Assembly: GCA_051362555.1 (NCBI GenBank)
Contig: CM120640.1
Location: 25,034,225 to 25,098,224, forward strand
Direction: 5' to 3'
DNA length: 64,000 bases
Source of the DNA: Lingula anatina
Taxonomy: Eukaryota > Animalia > Brachiopoda
Position numbers and translations under genes: made by a program. Positions 1 to 13,688 of the stretch are shown here, piece by piece. A model generated the notes under the pieces. The model saw nothing but the letters and a program-made list of their open reading frames with translations, ran no database searches and had not been told where the DNA came from. Position 1 is the stretch's first letter, and each line of letters starts with the position of its first letter.

Positions 1-847
1 TATGCAGGAAACAAGGAGCCTGCTTAATGAACCTATTCAACATTCAGCACATGAATATGGTGAAAAAAGGAGTAACTGATCTCCATAACAGAAAAAAATC
101 CTCAAATGTCCACCTTAAAAATCAGAGATAAAGACAGACAACTGCGCCAAGGTGCCAGTTTCCGCGATGATTCTTATAGCCTCCTGGTGGTTTGCAAATA
201 TATATAAAAGTTTCAATAACCATGTCTTCCTAATATCTGGTGTGACATCTCAGCTGTGACCTCTACAGACCTTTATCTCCCCAAACACCCAATTCCTAAA
301 GCCAAATCACTAGAAATAACTGATGGGGATCGTCTCCACACTGGGGTCACTGTGACTGATAACTGTATGGCATGTTCACTTCCCACTCGGTGCACATACA
401 AAATTCATAATCTCTCCATCATGCCAGTCCTGGATTACAAAGTTGATAAGTAACTACTTTTATTTCACCCAACACCCTCAAACTCTTCATTCACTTCACT
501 TTTCTCCATCTATAAACACAATGGCTACTTCTTTCCCTTTCTGAGGAATATTTTTAGCCTTGTTTTTTCAATCACACTTACGCGTGCTAAACAAAATTGT
601 TTAGTATCTATATATAGTAGTCACCTTATACAAGAACATTCTTATATCTCCCTCATCTGTTACTTAACCTACAGCTCTCCTCATCTTAGTAACTAAGTAG
701 CAGAACTATTTATGAGTGGAGGAAAATGTCATCCAGAGAGTGATCAGAGACATCATCTAATCTCCTATCACATTGTCATTAAACATGAAACACTGCGAGA
801 TTTATTAATAAAATTTTCTAAACAGAAAAATCTCTTTGAACACCCAC

Positions 848-1052
848 CTCACTCAGGTGGGCACAGACTTGTTCGAATGCTCGGATCCACCTCATCTTGG
901 CTGGATTGGGCATCTGGGGGTTGGTCTCTATATCAAACTGCCCGTGGTAACTTGGGAGTTGGTGATGTGAGCTCGGCTCTCCCATGCTGTCGCTGTATTC
1001 CTGTGTGCTCTGCCTGCTCACGTAAGCTGGGGACATCCTACTCCCAGGGGGA
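848..1052 (-). CDS. UNC13: UNC13 exon 10 (205 nt) including calmodulin-binding motif [18 protein letters not shown]
   Basis: W-x3-F-x2-V (1-5-8) spacing as in the Munc13-1 CaM site (WLRAFNKV); ttcAG acceptor, GAG|GTGGGT donor. Confidence 0.9.
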
Positions 1053-4000
1053 CTGAAAATAATACAGAAAAAAAACATCACATGATTGATACGATCGCAA
1101 CAAAGAGCATGTGCTGACAATAATGATATTTTACTCCATAGGCTTGTTACATTACATTTCGATCATAAAGGCAAACTTTCAGGGGAAAAAATCACCATGG
1201 AACTTCCACACAACATCACAAATCAAACAGGGAATAGTCATTTCCAATGCTTCCTTTTTGTTAGTTCAGTGCTGGGAACAGAGGCAAACTATTGAACAAT
1301 TGAGACATTAACATTTCATAACAAATTGGTATTTATGTAATGCTCTCAGTATAATTAAACATGGGGGACTGAATACATGGTACAATGAAGTCCAAGGCTT
1401 GCCACTGTTACGTGTTATCTTCCATCACACAACGCAACGAGTATTGATCTATCAATCAAGGAAATTACAAGCATTTTTCTTAGTAAAACTCAATCATAAT
1501 GAAAAGAAGTTTGGAAACATTTCTTGGCATTTTTTCATAATGAATCTTTGCATTAGACGTCATGTTGATCCCAAGAGACAGAATGTCACCTCAAAATAAT
1601 ATTACATTGATTAATTCATTTGCAAATATATCACCATCAACAGTAAGGATGTCCAAATTAAATCTTCCCCTGGCTAGCACAAGTAGCAGATCCATTTTAT
1701 TAGAGTCCATTGACAGCAGTCAAATTTCTCCAAGTTTTGTGGGATGTTTACTCATAGGTACACAGAAGTTCAGCTAACTATATATCATTACATTATCACA
1801 ATGGATTTAGAAAAAAAGTGAAAAATGTAATCTCATTTATAGAAGTTTGCTTAAATTTTACTACATTAAAATACAGTAGGTAAAATGAGCTTTTTTTTTT
1901 CAAAATTTCAAACAAGTAATGATAGTGGTTTTATCACCAAGTGTTGTCATCATTTCCTAAATATGGAGCTAACGAAAACATCCTTTTGCTTTAGTCACTT
2001 GTTAATTGCCAGAGCAAAATTACATCCTCTAGTTTGTCCAAGTTGTTTTTGTCACCAAATTACTACACATACACGTTTATCTGCATACCTTATTAGTACC
2101 TTATGAGTCTATAATTATCAAACATGGCACCTCAGACTTAACATGCCAGATAAGGAGGAAATTGTCTAGCTCACTAAACCCTTTCCATGGCCACAATTAA
2201 GAACAAGTGGTGGATAATTTACCTAATGTAACAAGTGCTTTGTTGAGGTATATCACTCTCTAATGAAAATGCCTGTCTAGCTTAGTCATTTACTCAAAAG
2301 CCGTGTTTCCAGTCTGGCTGGGTTGACATATGTATGTGTGACCTTTCTCAATGTTCCAAAAGGTCTCACTACAGACAGTTAGCTGTGGGTTATTACGGCC
2401 CCATTCCCATACACTGGTCTACATGGATCAATCCATGAAAAACTCCTAGTAATCAGACTGCATGCTAAAACTGTATTGAGTTATGACACCTTATCTTGTA
2501 TGGAAACATTGATTAACTTGGGTGCCAATAAAATTGCGCAGTACAGGTGGCTAACTCAAAAACGAAGGGGATCTGCACTTATTGCATTTGATCTTATATA
2601 ACAACTTCACAAGCCAATTTTGTAATGTTTTTGTGATGTATCTTTAATTTGAATTTGCACCTAAACATGGCCTTTATTTTACCTACTGCTCTTCATTGTC
2701 AGTGTTTCTGTCTGAAAAAATTGTTTGCAATTAAACCATTCTTTGCATATTTCAAAAGTTACATAGATATTCCTTTCGCTTAACTTTTCTGCATTTCGGT
2801 TATCATAATAAAGAGTCATTTTAAAGATTTTTTTTGTAAAGAATCTGTGTCTCCAAAGACATAATTTTGTGCCATGGGATATGATCTGAGACCAATTAGT
2901 CCACAGGGAAATCTAGTGAGTGTCCTGGGACCACTTGGATATTCTGTACACCAGTCTACCTCTGGGACCAGTAGCCAACATTCACACATTAACACAGCAA
3001 CATTATTTTGAAACCCAGTCAACTAAATGAGGTTCTATTTATATTTAACAAATACAAATGCAAAGTTAGGGAAGTATTTTGCTGTTCACAGAAAATTCCA
3101 CAGAAATGTCAAAGATTACCCTTTTGAACAAACTATTGCACATACTGTTGCACATATGTACGTAGTATGTAATATAAATGAAAAAGGAGAAATAGTAACA
3201 ATGCCACTGACTAGACAAAACAATTTCAGTATCAAACCTGTTATCAGCAAAACTATCTCCTCTTTCCAAGTATTCTTCTTCATCATAATATCTGCCCTCA
3301 TACCTGCAAGAGAAAATATGAGGCACATTCAGATAATTTCCTGCCAATACTTATGTATAAATAAGCAATCCATACATTCTTTATCTAAACTGAAATATTT
3401 TTATGATCAAAATACTTACATTGTGTGTATCACTCACACCTGAGGTTCACAATATCGCTTGCAGTTTTAAAACGTGTACCATGAAATTATGGCTGAATAT
3501 GTTTTCTTGATTTCAATTTGGCAAAATGCCAAGTTCCATCATGTTTTAGCCTTCAACAACCCATAAGTTCTTAGGGCTTCTTATTAAATCATCAGCAAAT
3601 TTGACTTGTTGATAGTTTTCAGGAGATGTCAGATGTGCTGCCCACCAAGTTGTATTGTGCAGTCATCAAAAGAGAACCTGCCAGTTTTAATGTCTGTCCA
3701 AGGACTCATTAATGTTAATTTCATTATCAGATATCATTAGTTCCATTTATTTTGGAAGCAATCAAAAGCATGAATAACCATAATTAATAAGTTTTCAGAA
3801 AAGCAGCATTCTGGGAAGGTCTTTAAGTGGAGGCGGAGGAGGGTGGGGATTATTTCTTGACCAGTAGCACACAACATTTAACTCATACTGATGAAAATAT
3901 TCGATTAACATTTCAATCATTCACATAATAGACAAAACTGTACATGTTTTCATCTTAATCTCTACTACAGGCTTTCTCTAACCCCTTTATACATGCATAT

Positions 4001-7000
4001 TGACCACTTCAACCTATGCCCAAAATGCTGCCAGAGTCCCTCTTTTTAAACCTTTTGAAAATATTATTCAGTAAAATTTTTCAATTTTCCACATATCAAA
4101 TGACACTGAAATATCGAAATTGAGATAATGAACATTTAATTTCCTTTCCACTTCGTTCAAGTCCACAGAACTCTCCAGACTCTCAATAATATTACTGTAT
4201 CACAGACACACTAAGTAATAGATGGTCTAGACAGGTATACTTTTAGCAGATCCATACATTCAACTGTACCAACTGACACTTTGTGAAACCCCAGGTGTAT
4301 ACTAGCATTCTCATTCATTACCAGAGTCATTATCCCAAAATTTGTAACAAAAGGGAGCTATTACGTATACATATAACAAATTGTAAGTCAGTGCCAAAGC
4401 ACCTTTTTAGAGCAAAAGCATGATCATTTTTTCCCACCATTTTGTTCACATCCATGTACATACATCCATACAAACCTCACTGTATAATACCAATTGACAA
4501 CACAACAGCACAGGATGCACACCATTTGTTATCTATCATGTAAAAAAAGTTATTGAAAAAAAAATACAATACTCATCCTTGAAAGCCTGCATTAACAAAA
4601 CTTTATTCAACATTTTGCATTTTTGTGTCCATTTGTTATCTATCATGTAAAAAAAAGTCACTGAAAAAAAAATACAATACTCATCCCTGTAAGCCTGCAT
4701 AGCTCAACTTTATTCAACATTTTGCATTTTTGTGTCCTTACTGTACAAAGTGTTCTCTGCACTTACCCATCATAAGCATCATACATAGGCTCCCTATCGT
4801 AGGGATCTGGGTACACGTTATGAGGTGGTCGGCTGTTGTAGTACAGAGGTTCTGACTCCGTATCACTGCGAGGCTGATGGTACGGACTATCCTGGTAATA
4901 ATCAGCTTCGCGATCATACCCGTTGCAGCCATTGTCGAAGGAGTCGTACCTTCCATTGTATTCCTGGCTATCGTCTCGCTGGAAGGAGTCGTAGCGGTAC
5001 GGGTACTCGCTCCGAAACTGGTGCGCGGAGGTATTGTGCTGATGCTGCATTGGATAGCTGATGTCACTGGTATAATCGCTGTCTTCAGACATCCCAGCTG
5101 GAAAAAGCAAATCATATATGAGAACGAGCTCAGAATATGTACGTATCACTTGATTCACTGCTATCCTAGCCGATTACCACAAGCCTGCAGTGAATCATTC
5201 CAGACTTTCTTGGGAATAGTGAGAAGAAAGAATGACCTATAATGTCGAAGAAATCAAAGACTGCAGTCTTACACTAACACAATGTTTGTCATGATAAATT
5301 ATTCACATCAACAAAGCAACAATAATTTGGTACAAGTAGCAGGCTGTACCTATGAATGTGAATATGATCAATTTTCAAATAATTGTATTGCGGGGGTTGT
5401 CTGCATCTTCTCTAACTCATCTTCTTGCCTTTCAATTTCTTTCAGGGAGTATTTTATGCAGCAAAATTGCCATCATGGGGCAAAATGCATCATACAGATA
5501 CAGCAATCACTTCATTACTTTAAAAATAGTAGGCAACAGTTATCATCTCCACCGAAGGTATTTATATTTTTTTATCTTTCAGAAATGCATCTTACTGACA
5601 GCACTTTGAAAAGCCTACAGCTAGATATAGAAAAGGTTTGTAAAGCACTGTTAAGCTAACTTGGATCCATAAATAACATTCTGTATTACAAAACAAATGT
5701 GTCTACATGGTTAATGTTATACTGTAATCGATAGTAAATGTCTAAAGCCAAAGTCCTACCTTATGGCCAATTTAGTCAGAGAAATAATTGACCATCATTA
5801 TGTGGGCTCAACATCCAAGTAATCTGATGCACTTAACATAAAGCACTAAAATACAAGTCCAGAGGCTATAATGTGGTAATTAATCACACCGTATTAAATG
5901 GTCAATTGGTGACCCATGCAGATGAGATATCATTCATTGATATGCCAGAATGGATCGGATAACAGGAAATTACTCTCTGCTACACTAAGGTAACACCTTT
6001 TTTTTCACATATTACAAAGTCATCATGTCTGTACATAGAGAACTAGTTACAGAGAGTAGTCCAAGAGCATGGACCTCTGCCGAGGCCAAATGTGAATAAC
6101 AACAAAATAAAATTTTTAATAATTCGTTAAGAAGTATCTGGAGACTAAAATTCAGCTGAAATTGCAGTCACTTCTTTCCGTCCTATCAAATTTGTTAACC
6201 TAAAAAAATTGCCAAACTTGTGTAAAACTTGGTCATATCCTGTCCACATAAACAAACCAATGCACTGCTTATTAACTATTGAATCTTAAAGGGTAACCAC
6301 TGAAATTTCACCTATGATAATGTTAAAACTCACCAGATCTTCTGAAATCTTTTGCCCAGCTAATATTTCAATGGTACAAAATGCAAATTAAAGTAGAAAG
6401 ATCTGTCAAAAACATTGGTCTCAAAATTCTGCTGTTTGTCCCTAACACATTTCCCTAAATATGCCGTCTTTCACAGAGCCTGTGAATTAAGACTTATCAC
6501 CTGCTCTCAATTTCCTCTAACATTAAATCTGAGAATTTCTAACTGTTAAATGGCAGAAGGTTTAACAAGCCATTTACGTCATATATGCTGCAACTTGCAA
6601 ATGATGTCATTTGTTAACGGTTTTTCCAGGAAAAAGATGCTTGTCAAAAATTGACAAAGCTGTACATATTAAATGTGAAAAAGTAGTATTGTAAAAACAC
6701 TGCTGAAGATTCTTTGAAGACATGTACTGAGCATTTGGGTCCAAATACATGTGACAAAATCCACAAAAGATAAGATGTTTTTCCTATACAAAATGTAGGT
6801 GCTGATTCTGAAATATGATGGCATACTTAATGTGTACCTGCCTTAATAATAAATATATCAAAACATTTATATTATCTGACTTCAATCCCTCCAGTTTGCT
6901 AAAATACAACTATTTTAAATTTGTTTCTTTGGCATCCAATGTCATGATCATATTCAACTTGTCTGACCTACCAAGAGCTAACTACATGTAATCAAAATGG

Positions 7001-10000
7001 CCATCAAAAATCCAGGCAGCCATCATGGCATAAGTCTTGTTATAGATTAACATGATGATTGTACCATGTGACTACTGCTGGTAAATTTACACATTTTCAT
7101 AGAGTTCCACTAGATAATTATTGTAAAAACTAAATTGAAAATGAAAATCCAGTAAAAATTGTTTCTTACGCTGTGAAACAAAGATAATGAAAAACACAAG
7201 CAAACAACTTTGTAATAAGACCTTCAAATTAAACACATTAAATGCATAGTAAATTATTATTGAATATTACTTATTGGGATTCATTTGTAATTAGAATAAA
7301 GAATCAAGTGGCATTCATTTGTATGACTCCTTAATAAGTGAAGAGATCCCTTTTTTCAAAGCTGCAGATTCAAAGCAAGAACAGCAACAGATGAAAACAA
7401 AATTAAGAATAATCCATTATAGCTGAAAATTAAGAAAGCACCTCATCAGTGCTGATCAAATCAAAGTTAATTGGAATCCATGTAACAGAGACTCTAAGAG
7501 AGTGTGATGCACTGAGCTATAGGACAGACATGAGTGGCCGAGAAATATGATACTGGAGCTATAAAGCAGAATACAAGGAGGCACTGGGACAGCAACAATC
7601 ATGATTACTACATCATTTTATTTGATGGATGTTGAGAAAATCCCAATTGGCTAATGTGATTAGTAACCAAGCCCAGTGAATGTGAAGATATATGGCAGAG
7701 AGGATGTTTTCCCCGTTAACAGGATATAGAGTGGGTTCCTTATTAAGACAAGATGTCACAGGAGACCCTCTATCCTCTACAGAAAAATTAGCAAAAACTT
7801 GATAAACATTTGCTCTCCAAGGAAGCCATGTGCTGGAAAGAAATTAACATAATAAGAAATGAAGGCAATGGGATTTTGAAAATTTTTGATCAAAAGATTG
7901 GAATGGAAGGTAATTTTGTCAAACATCAAAGATGCAAGTGGAAGAAAAGGCTTTTGTCATCGAGCATTAAGTTTGCTCCCATTTTATGAAGTGATTTCTC
8001 TTCTTTAGAATATTTTGCTTTGCAAAAAGAGAATTAATAAAGCTTACATGAAAAGTAAACTTTGATCTCAGACTTAAAGCATCCAGTTTAGGTTTGGATG
8101 GGAAAAACATTCAAAATGCTAGGATTGATTTTTCCCAAAGAAATTAATTAGTTTTGTAACATGTTAGTCGAGCATGGGACAAAAATGTTCAGTAACTCGT
8201 ATGTATAGCCCTTTGAGGTTACACAATTTCAATTTGGGCTAAAATACATAATTGAATTCTGTGGAAAGAAATAATTAATGTTTCAATTTGTCTAAAAATT
8301 GAATACACTGACATTTCAACAAGCACATTCAGATAAATGTGCTTGTAGCTTCACTAGTAATATCTCCTCTTTCAAAAATTTTACATAATGGCTGTCTCTT
8401 TATCTTGTATATTGTTCTCAGTGAAAGTAAAAGTTGGGTAAAACCTTATTACATTATATGAACTATAAACCATGTGAATTTAGATCACATACTTGACTTG
8501 GTAGGTAAATGAAGAATAAAATGTTGATCTTCTTTGGTGTCACTTGAAAATTTCAAAAATTGTCAAAGGTCATCACAATGGCATAATCAACTAAATCAAT
8601 GTCATATTTGAGTCACTGCTGTTATGCAATAATTTTCATGGATATGATAACAATTGCTTCTATGGTAAATGTCTGAGATATATGTCACTGCTAGTGTTAT
8701 ATTTATAAACTTTAGCAATGCAGGTTACAATAATGCAGGTGGCATTTGACTTCATAGTATTAACATCCACTACATTTATGGGGATGAAAATGCTGTAGAA
8801 TGAATATACGTATATTTATATTCATAAGCCGAAGAACACTTTCAACAACAATCGTATTAAGCTTTTTTCTTAGATTTGCTACATATAAATAATAAAAAAT
8901 AAAGTTTTCTAATATAAGTAGCCAACATTTACTACACTTGATTAAGCAGGGCAAAACCTTGCAGTAGGACTGATCATAAAAGAAAAATTAAAGTAAACCA
9001 TGCACAAAAGTTGATAAATGTTCATTGTACATGTATCTCACAATGGACCACAACATCAATATGACTAATATTCATTCACTACAAGGAATGAGAACTGTTA
9101 AAGGGATAATTTCTAATGAACAAACTGTAATTTTCAATATACAATTTTATAATCAACTGCAATTTCCACTCTGCAATTTAACAATAAAAGTGTTCCAAGC
9201 TACAGTATGCAATTGCAAGATACATTTTTTTTTTTTTTTTTTTTTTTTTTTGGTGCAAATCCCAAAGACAAAAACTCAAAGTTTGTAAAACCTGTCAACT
9301 ATCAATTAATTTTACTCTACTTTTCGGCAATGCCCCCAAAAGTTAATTTCATAGATATCAGTAAAAAGTTATCATTAAACAGGAGAAACGGGTTCTGTCA
9401 AAACGGGTTCATTACTGATGAAGTACAAGGTTGCTAATTAACATGCGTAATAAAAGATATGAAAATAACGTAAGAGGCAAAAGGAAATTCACTTAACTTT
9501 TTAGATTGCATGGTCCATTGTGAAGACCTACAATTTTAAGATATAAAAGTAAACAGTTGCAAAGCTGAACACCATGCTGTTAAATTTCTACATTTATATA
9601 CTATGTTACAATGTGTTTGTGTTAAATGTCTAATCTATTAAAAAATGGAACATTAAAAAGTTCAGATGTAAGTATAAAACTTACAGCAACAAAAGATATT
9701 GGAGTAGTTTTATTATGCCTCACTTTGCTGATAAAATCTGAATCAAATGAAAAGATCTTCAGATTTTGTCTACGATACAACTGATGTGCTAAAACTGTAC
9801 GGTGGTTATCAAACCCACCCCCATTGGTCTAAAAATTCTTGATCACCTTGTTATACCCATACTTCATGTTGATTTTTACCATTATGTTTCATATATTTAT
9901 TTCTTGCAACTTCTTTTTATGCAGTGTGACAAGGACTTCATCATCAAAACGCTCGTGTGGACCATTTCGTTTGTGGAGGGTGTGTATGAGAGGAGTGTGG

Positions 10001-12132
10001 AGAGAGAGAGGGAGAGAGAGAGAATAACTGAGTCTTTTTAGATTGTTTTTTTAGCTTTTTTTTTTTTTTTTTTTGAAATCTCCAATAATCTCATTTTGTC
10101 ACCATTTAAAAATTTCACATAGAATATCTTAGGCAAATACTCCAAAGCAAAGAAGGGGATTAAAAAACATTAGCAAGCCAAGCAGAATTAAATCATATCA
10201 AAACCTTTTGCAGATAGTCAATATTTGTTATGATTATGATTATTTTGATTAGTTTGTACCTAAACAGACATAATATTAAGAACTGTGTACAAAGCTTGCC
10301 TGTCAGGGGAAAGGGAAATTTCCTACATGAAGAAAAAACTCACAGCAAAACTAGTGCTAATCAATACATGTAACATGACATTTCAAATCATAAAAATGAA
10401 ACAAATAAACATATTCACCAAATCTCACTAGATTCCTCAAGTTTAAAAAAAAGCCAATAGGTCTAAAATAGCCCATAATTCTGAAGGTACTTACAAACTG
10501 ATCTTGATCCTGGTCCTCTTCTGTGGTGCTGCTCCTTGAGGGTCATCATCTGAAACAAGGAATATGGAAGTGACAGGCTGCTATCTACTCAATGTAGATG
10601 TCTTTACAATGCAAAAATCAATCCTAATGTTGTGTGCGAAAAATGCATCATAGTAATAACACCATATACTTATGGATAATTACATAGTATTACCCAATGC
10701 AATACGTGCATCAAGACCCGGGTTAGATACCACATTTTCTCTAGTCTAGACTTTGTTTAAAGAAACTGAAAATTACTTTCATCAATTTTTCATTAACTAC
10801 AAAAGTAATTTGACTGCAGCAAAGAACATGCTAGCATGGATCTAAGATCTGGACTTTCTAAATCAGGCTGGCAACACACAGACTAGATAACAATTCATCT
10901 AGAAGCAGATATTAAAGAATCTGTCTGACCACCATGTATACACTTCTGTTAACACTACATGTATCACAGAGATACAAATGGACTTAAAACTGATGTGCCA
11001 TAATCTGAACTTTCAATATACACTTCACTTCAGGTATTGTTTTGTGATCACCAAGTTGCATGACGTGCATACATATTTTTGCTTATTAGCTGCCATGTTT
11101 TTATCAATCACAGGGATGTCAATCGTTGTATTGTGATATGGATTCATCTGATGCTACGGAATACGACACCACTACAGCATTTGGGCTTTGCTATTAGCAG
11201 AACTGTATGCAGTGATAACATGAGTTGGTCTATAACATTGTACAGTATTGAGCAATACAGCATTATCCTAAAGTATCAGCTAATGCATAAAAAACTATAC
11301 TTTATACAATATCTGGTAGTAATCTTAGTACTGATTGTTACTTTCCTCTACCATATCTATATACACTTGTAATTATAACATGTTTGCTCTCCATTTCAAG
11401 GTGTGTGTGTGTGTGGGGGGGGGGGGGGGTACGCATCTTGAGTGTGAGATTTTTTAAGCATAAATACAGCAGCATTAAGATTATTTTTAGGTCAGTCATT
11501 CAACTGTTAAATTTTCCTACTTATTGTGAAAAACTAATGCCCTTTGGATTTTTCTATTTGTAAAAAAAATTATAATACCAAACGCAAAAAAATGAAATTC
11601 TGATTCCTCACAATAAAAACCAATTGCATTAGCTAAGAAACAAATGATAAACTTTGCCTTGCCTCATAGTTTTTTCTTGAAGATTCAGAAACTCAGAATG
11701 GTAGAATACGATTTCTTAGAATACTCTCCCTCTCTCAAATCTTTTTCAAAGGTTTAATTTGGTGAAGAAGTAGGGGTAAACTGACTATCTGAGTTTAGAT
11801 TATGACCGATTCTTATTACTGAGAATGACAGTCAATTGTCACATTTTCTAGCTTTACTGCAAACAGCAAATCCATTCTGAAGACAACAGCAAAAAAAGTG
11901 AGAGAACACAAGTTGAAGGCATGAGTCATTTTTGGAGGGCTATCCTTTTGAATTTCAACATCAAAGGAGCTGCAAAGGTATAATTGGATGGAGAGCCATC
12001 AAATCATATCACTATTTTCTTTCTACTTAAAGACTGTGAAGTCTCAGAGACCCATTATTTACCTTCTACAACATGTTATTGTAGCTGAAGTCTAGCTGGG
12101 CTGCTTCTACAGGAATCAGATACTGTAAGCTC

Positions 12133-12180
<48 letters not shown>

Positions 12181-12803
12181 GTGTGTGTGTGTGCGTGTGT
12201 GCATTGATCACAAAAACTTAAGCATGGGCACCATAATCAGATTCATCAATAATTGCATATTTGCATACCCCGCTGGCATCAAACGCATTTGTTTATTGCA
12301 ATATTACTCAAGGTCTACTAGCCTATCTTCAACCAAACTGAGTAGCCATGGAAGTAACCTGTTCATGAAAAATTCACATCAGGTCTTGTAGTCCATTACA
12401 ACTAAATTCAGTGTGGGAAATGCCCTGCATATATACTAGTATGGAAAACTCATTTTCTATTTTTCAGTTGACATCTATGATGATAAACATGCCTTGTCAT
12501 TGAATGTGTATGAAGCACTTCATAGTTAAAATATTCCAAACTAACTTCTTTCCAGTCATGAAACTGACAATATTTTCAATGTTTTATTAGTCTGCAATAC
12601 CATATGTGCACTTATAAAATTCAAAACAAATATCTGTCCTACTTTTAGCCTCAAATTCGAATTCCCTACTATGTCAAGCCTTACTTTACTCAATGTAAAA
12701 TGACAGGAATACAATTTGTCAACATGGCATCCACAAAACTTGACAGGAAAATGTAAATCCAACAAACATGCACAAGGCACAAGGATTTCTGAGTGGGTGT
12801 TTT

Positions 12804-12880
<77 letters not shown>

Positions 12881-13563
12881 TTGCTACTAAAATGCTGTAG
12901 CAAGTTGGTTTTACTTAGCACATTTCTTCTGGACTCATCCTCCATCTCACCTAACACATTCAGCTCCATTGACTCTACACTATCGTAAGAGAAGGTTTGC
13001 TATTAGCATCAATAAAGGGGGGGGGGGGTTGAATGAACTGCCCCTTTGGCTGAGAAAAGGTTCACTCTGATTCAAATTCTGGTCTGGTTTCTATGCCATC
13101 ATGGTAAAAAGATCCATTTTCAAGGATGAGATCCCGCCTTTGAAATTGCTGGCTTAGATGAGCTTTAATTTCTATACACTTCAGAAATCACACCACACTT
13201 GGAAGCAAGGAATTATCACCTGTAGAGTTGCTTATCTTTATAATGCAGAAATGGCACTAAAATTGTCCATATTATTCGCAATGGCAGTCCAGCAAATATA
13301 ACATGATTAGTTTGTTTGTGAGACAGAGCTAGTCATTCAATCAATTCAATTATTTTCTTTATATTTAGTACTACTATAATTAGTGCTTAATTCTAGTAAG
13401 TCATGCAACCCAATGCTAAAGGCAAACAAGTACTAGTAGCATTCCATTTGTTCCATTTATTTAGAATTGTGTATTTATCACATAGTACAAAGAAAATTAA
13501 CCTAACCACAGACTCTGCCCACCCAGTGACATCACCTGGTTCTGGACAAGCTATGACAAAAAA

Positions 13564-13602
<39 letters not shown>

Positions 13603-13652
13603 AAAATAAAAATAAAAAACTGATGGAATACATAGCCTTACATTGTTATCGT

Positions 13653-13688
<36 letters not shown>

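Noticed and set aside
2816-3022. Possible extra UNC13 exon ([15 protein letters not shown]...)
   Set aside because: No phase-2-compatible open acceptor/donor pair found; exons 9 and 10 already join in frame.
12134-12969. ORFs with CVCVCV or YIYIYI runs, and similar poly-F or poly-K ORFs elsewhere
   Set aside because: Translations of microsatellites and homopolymer tracts.
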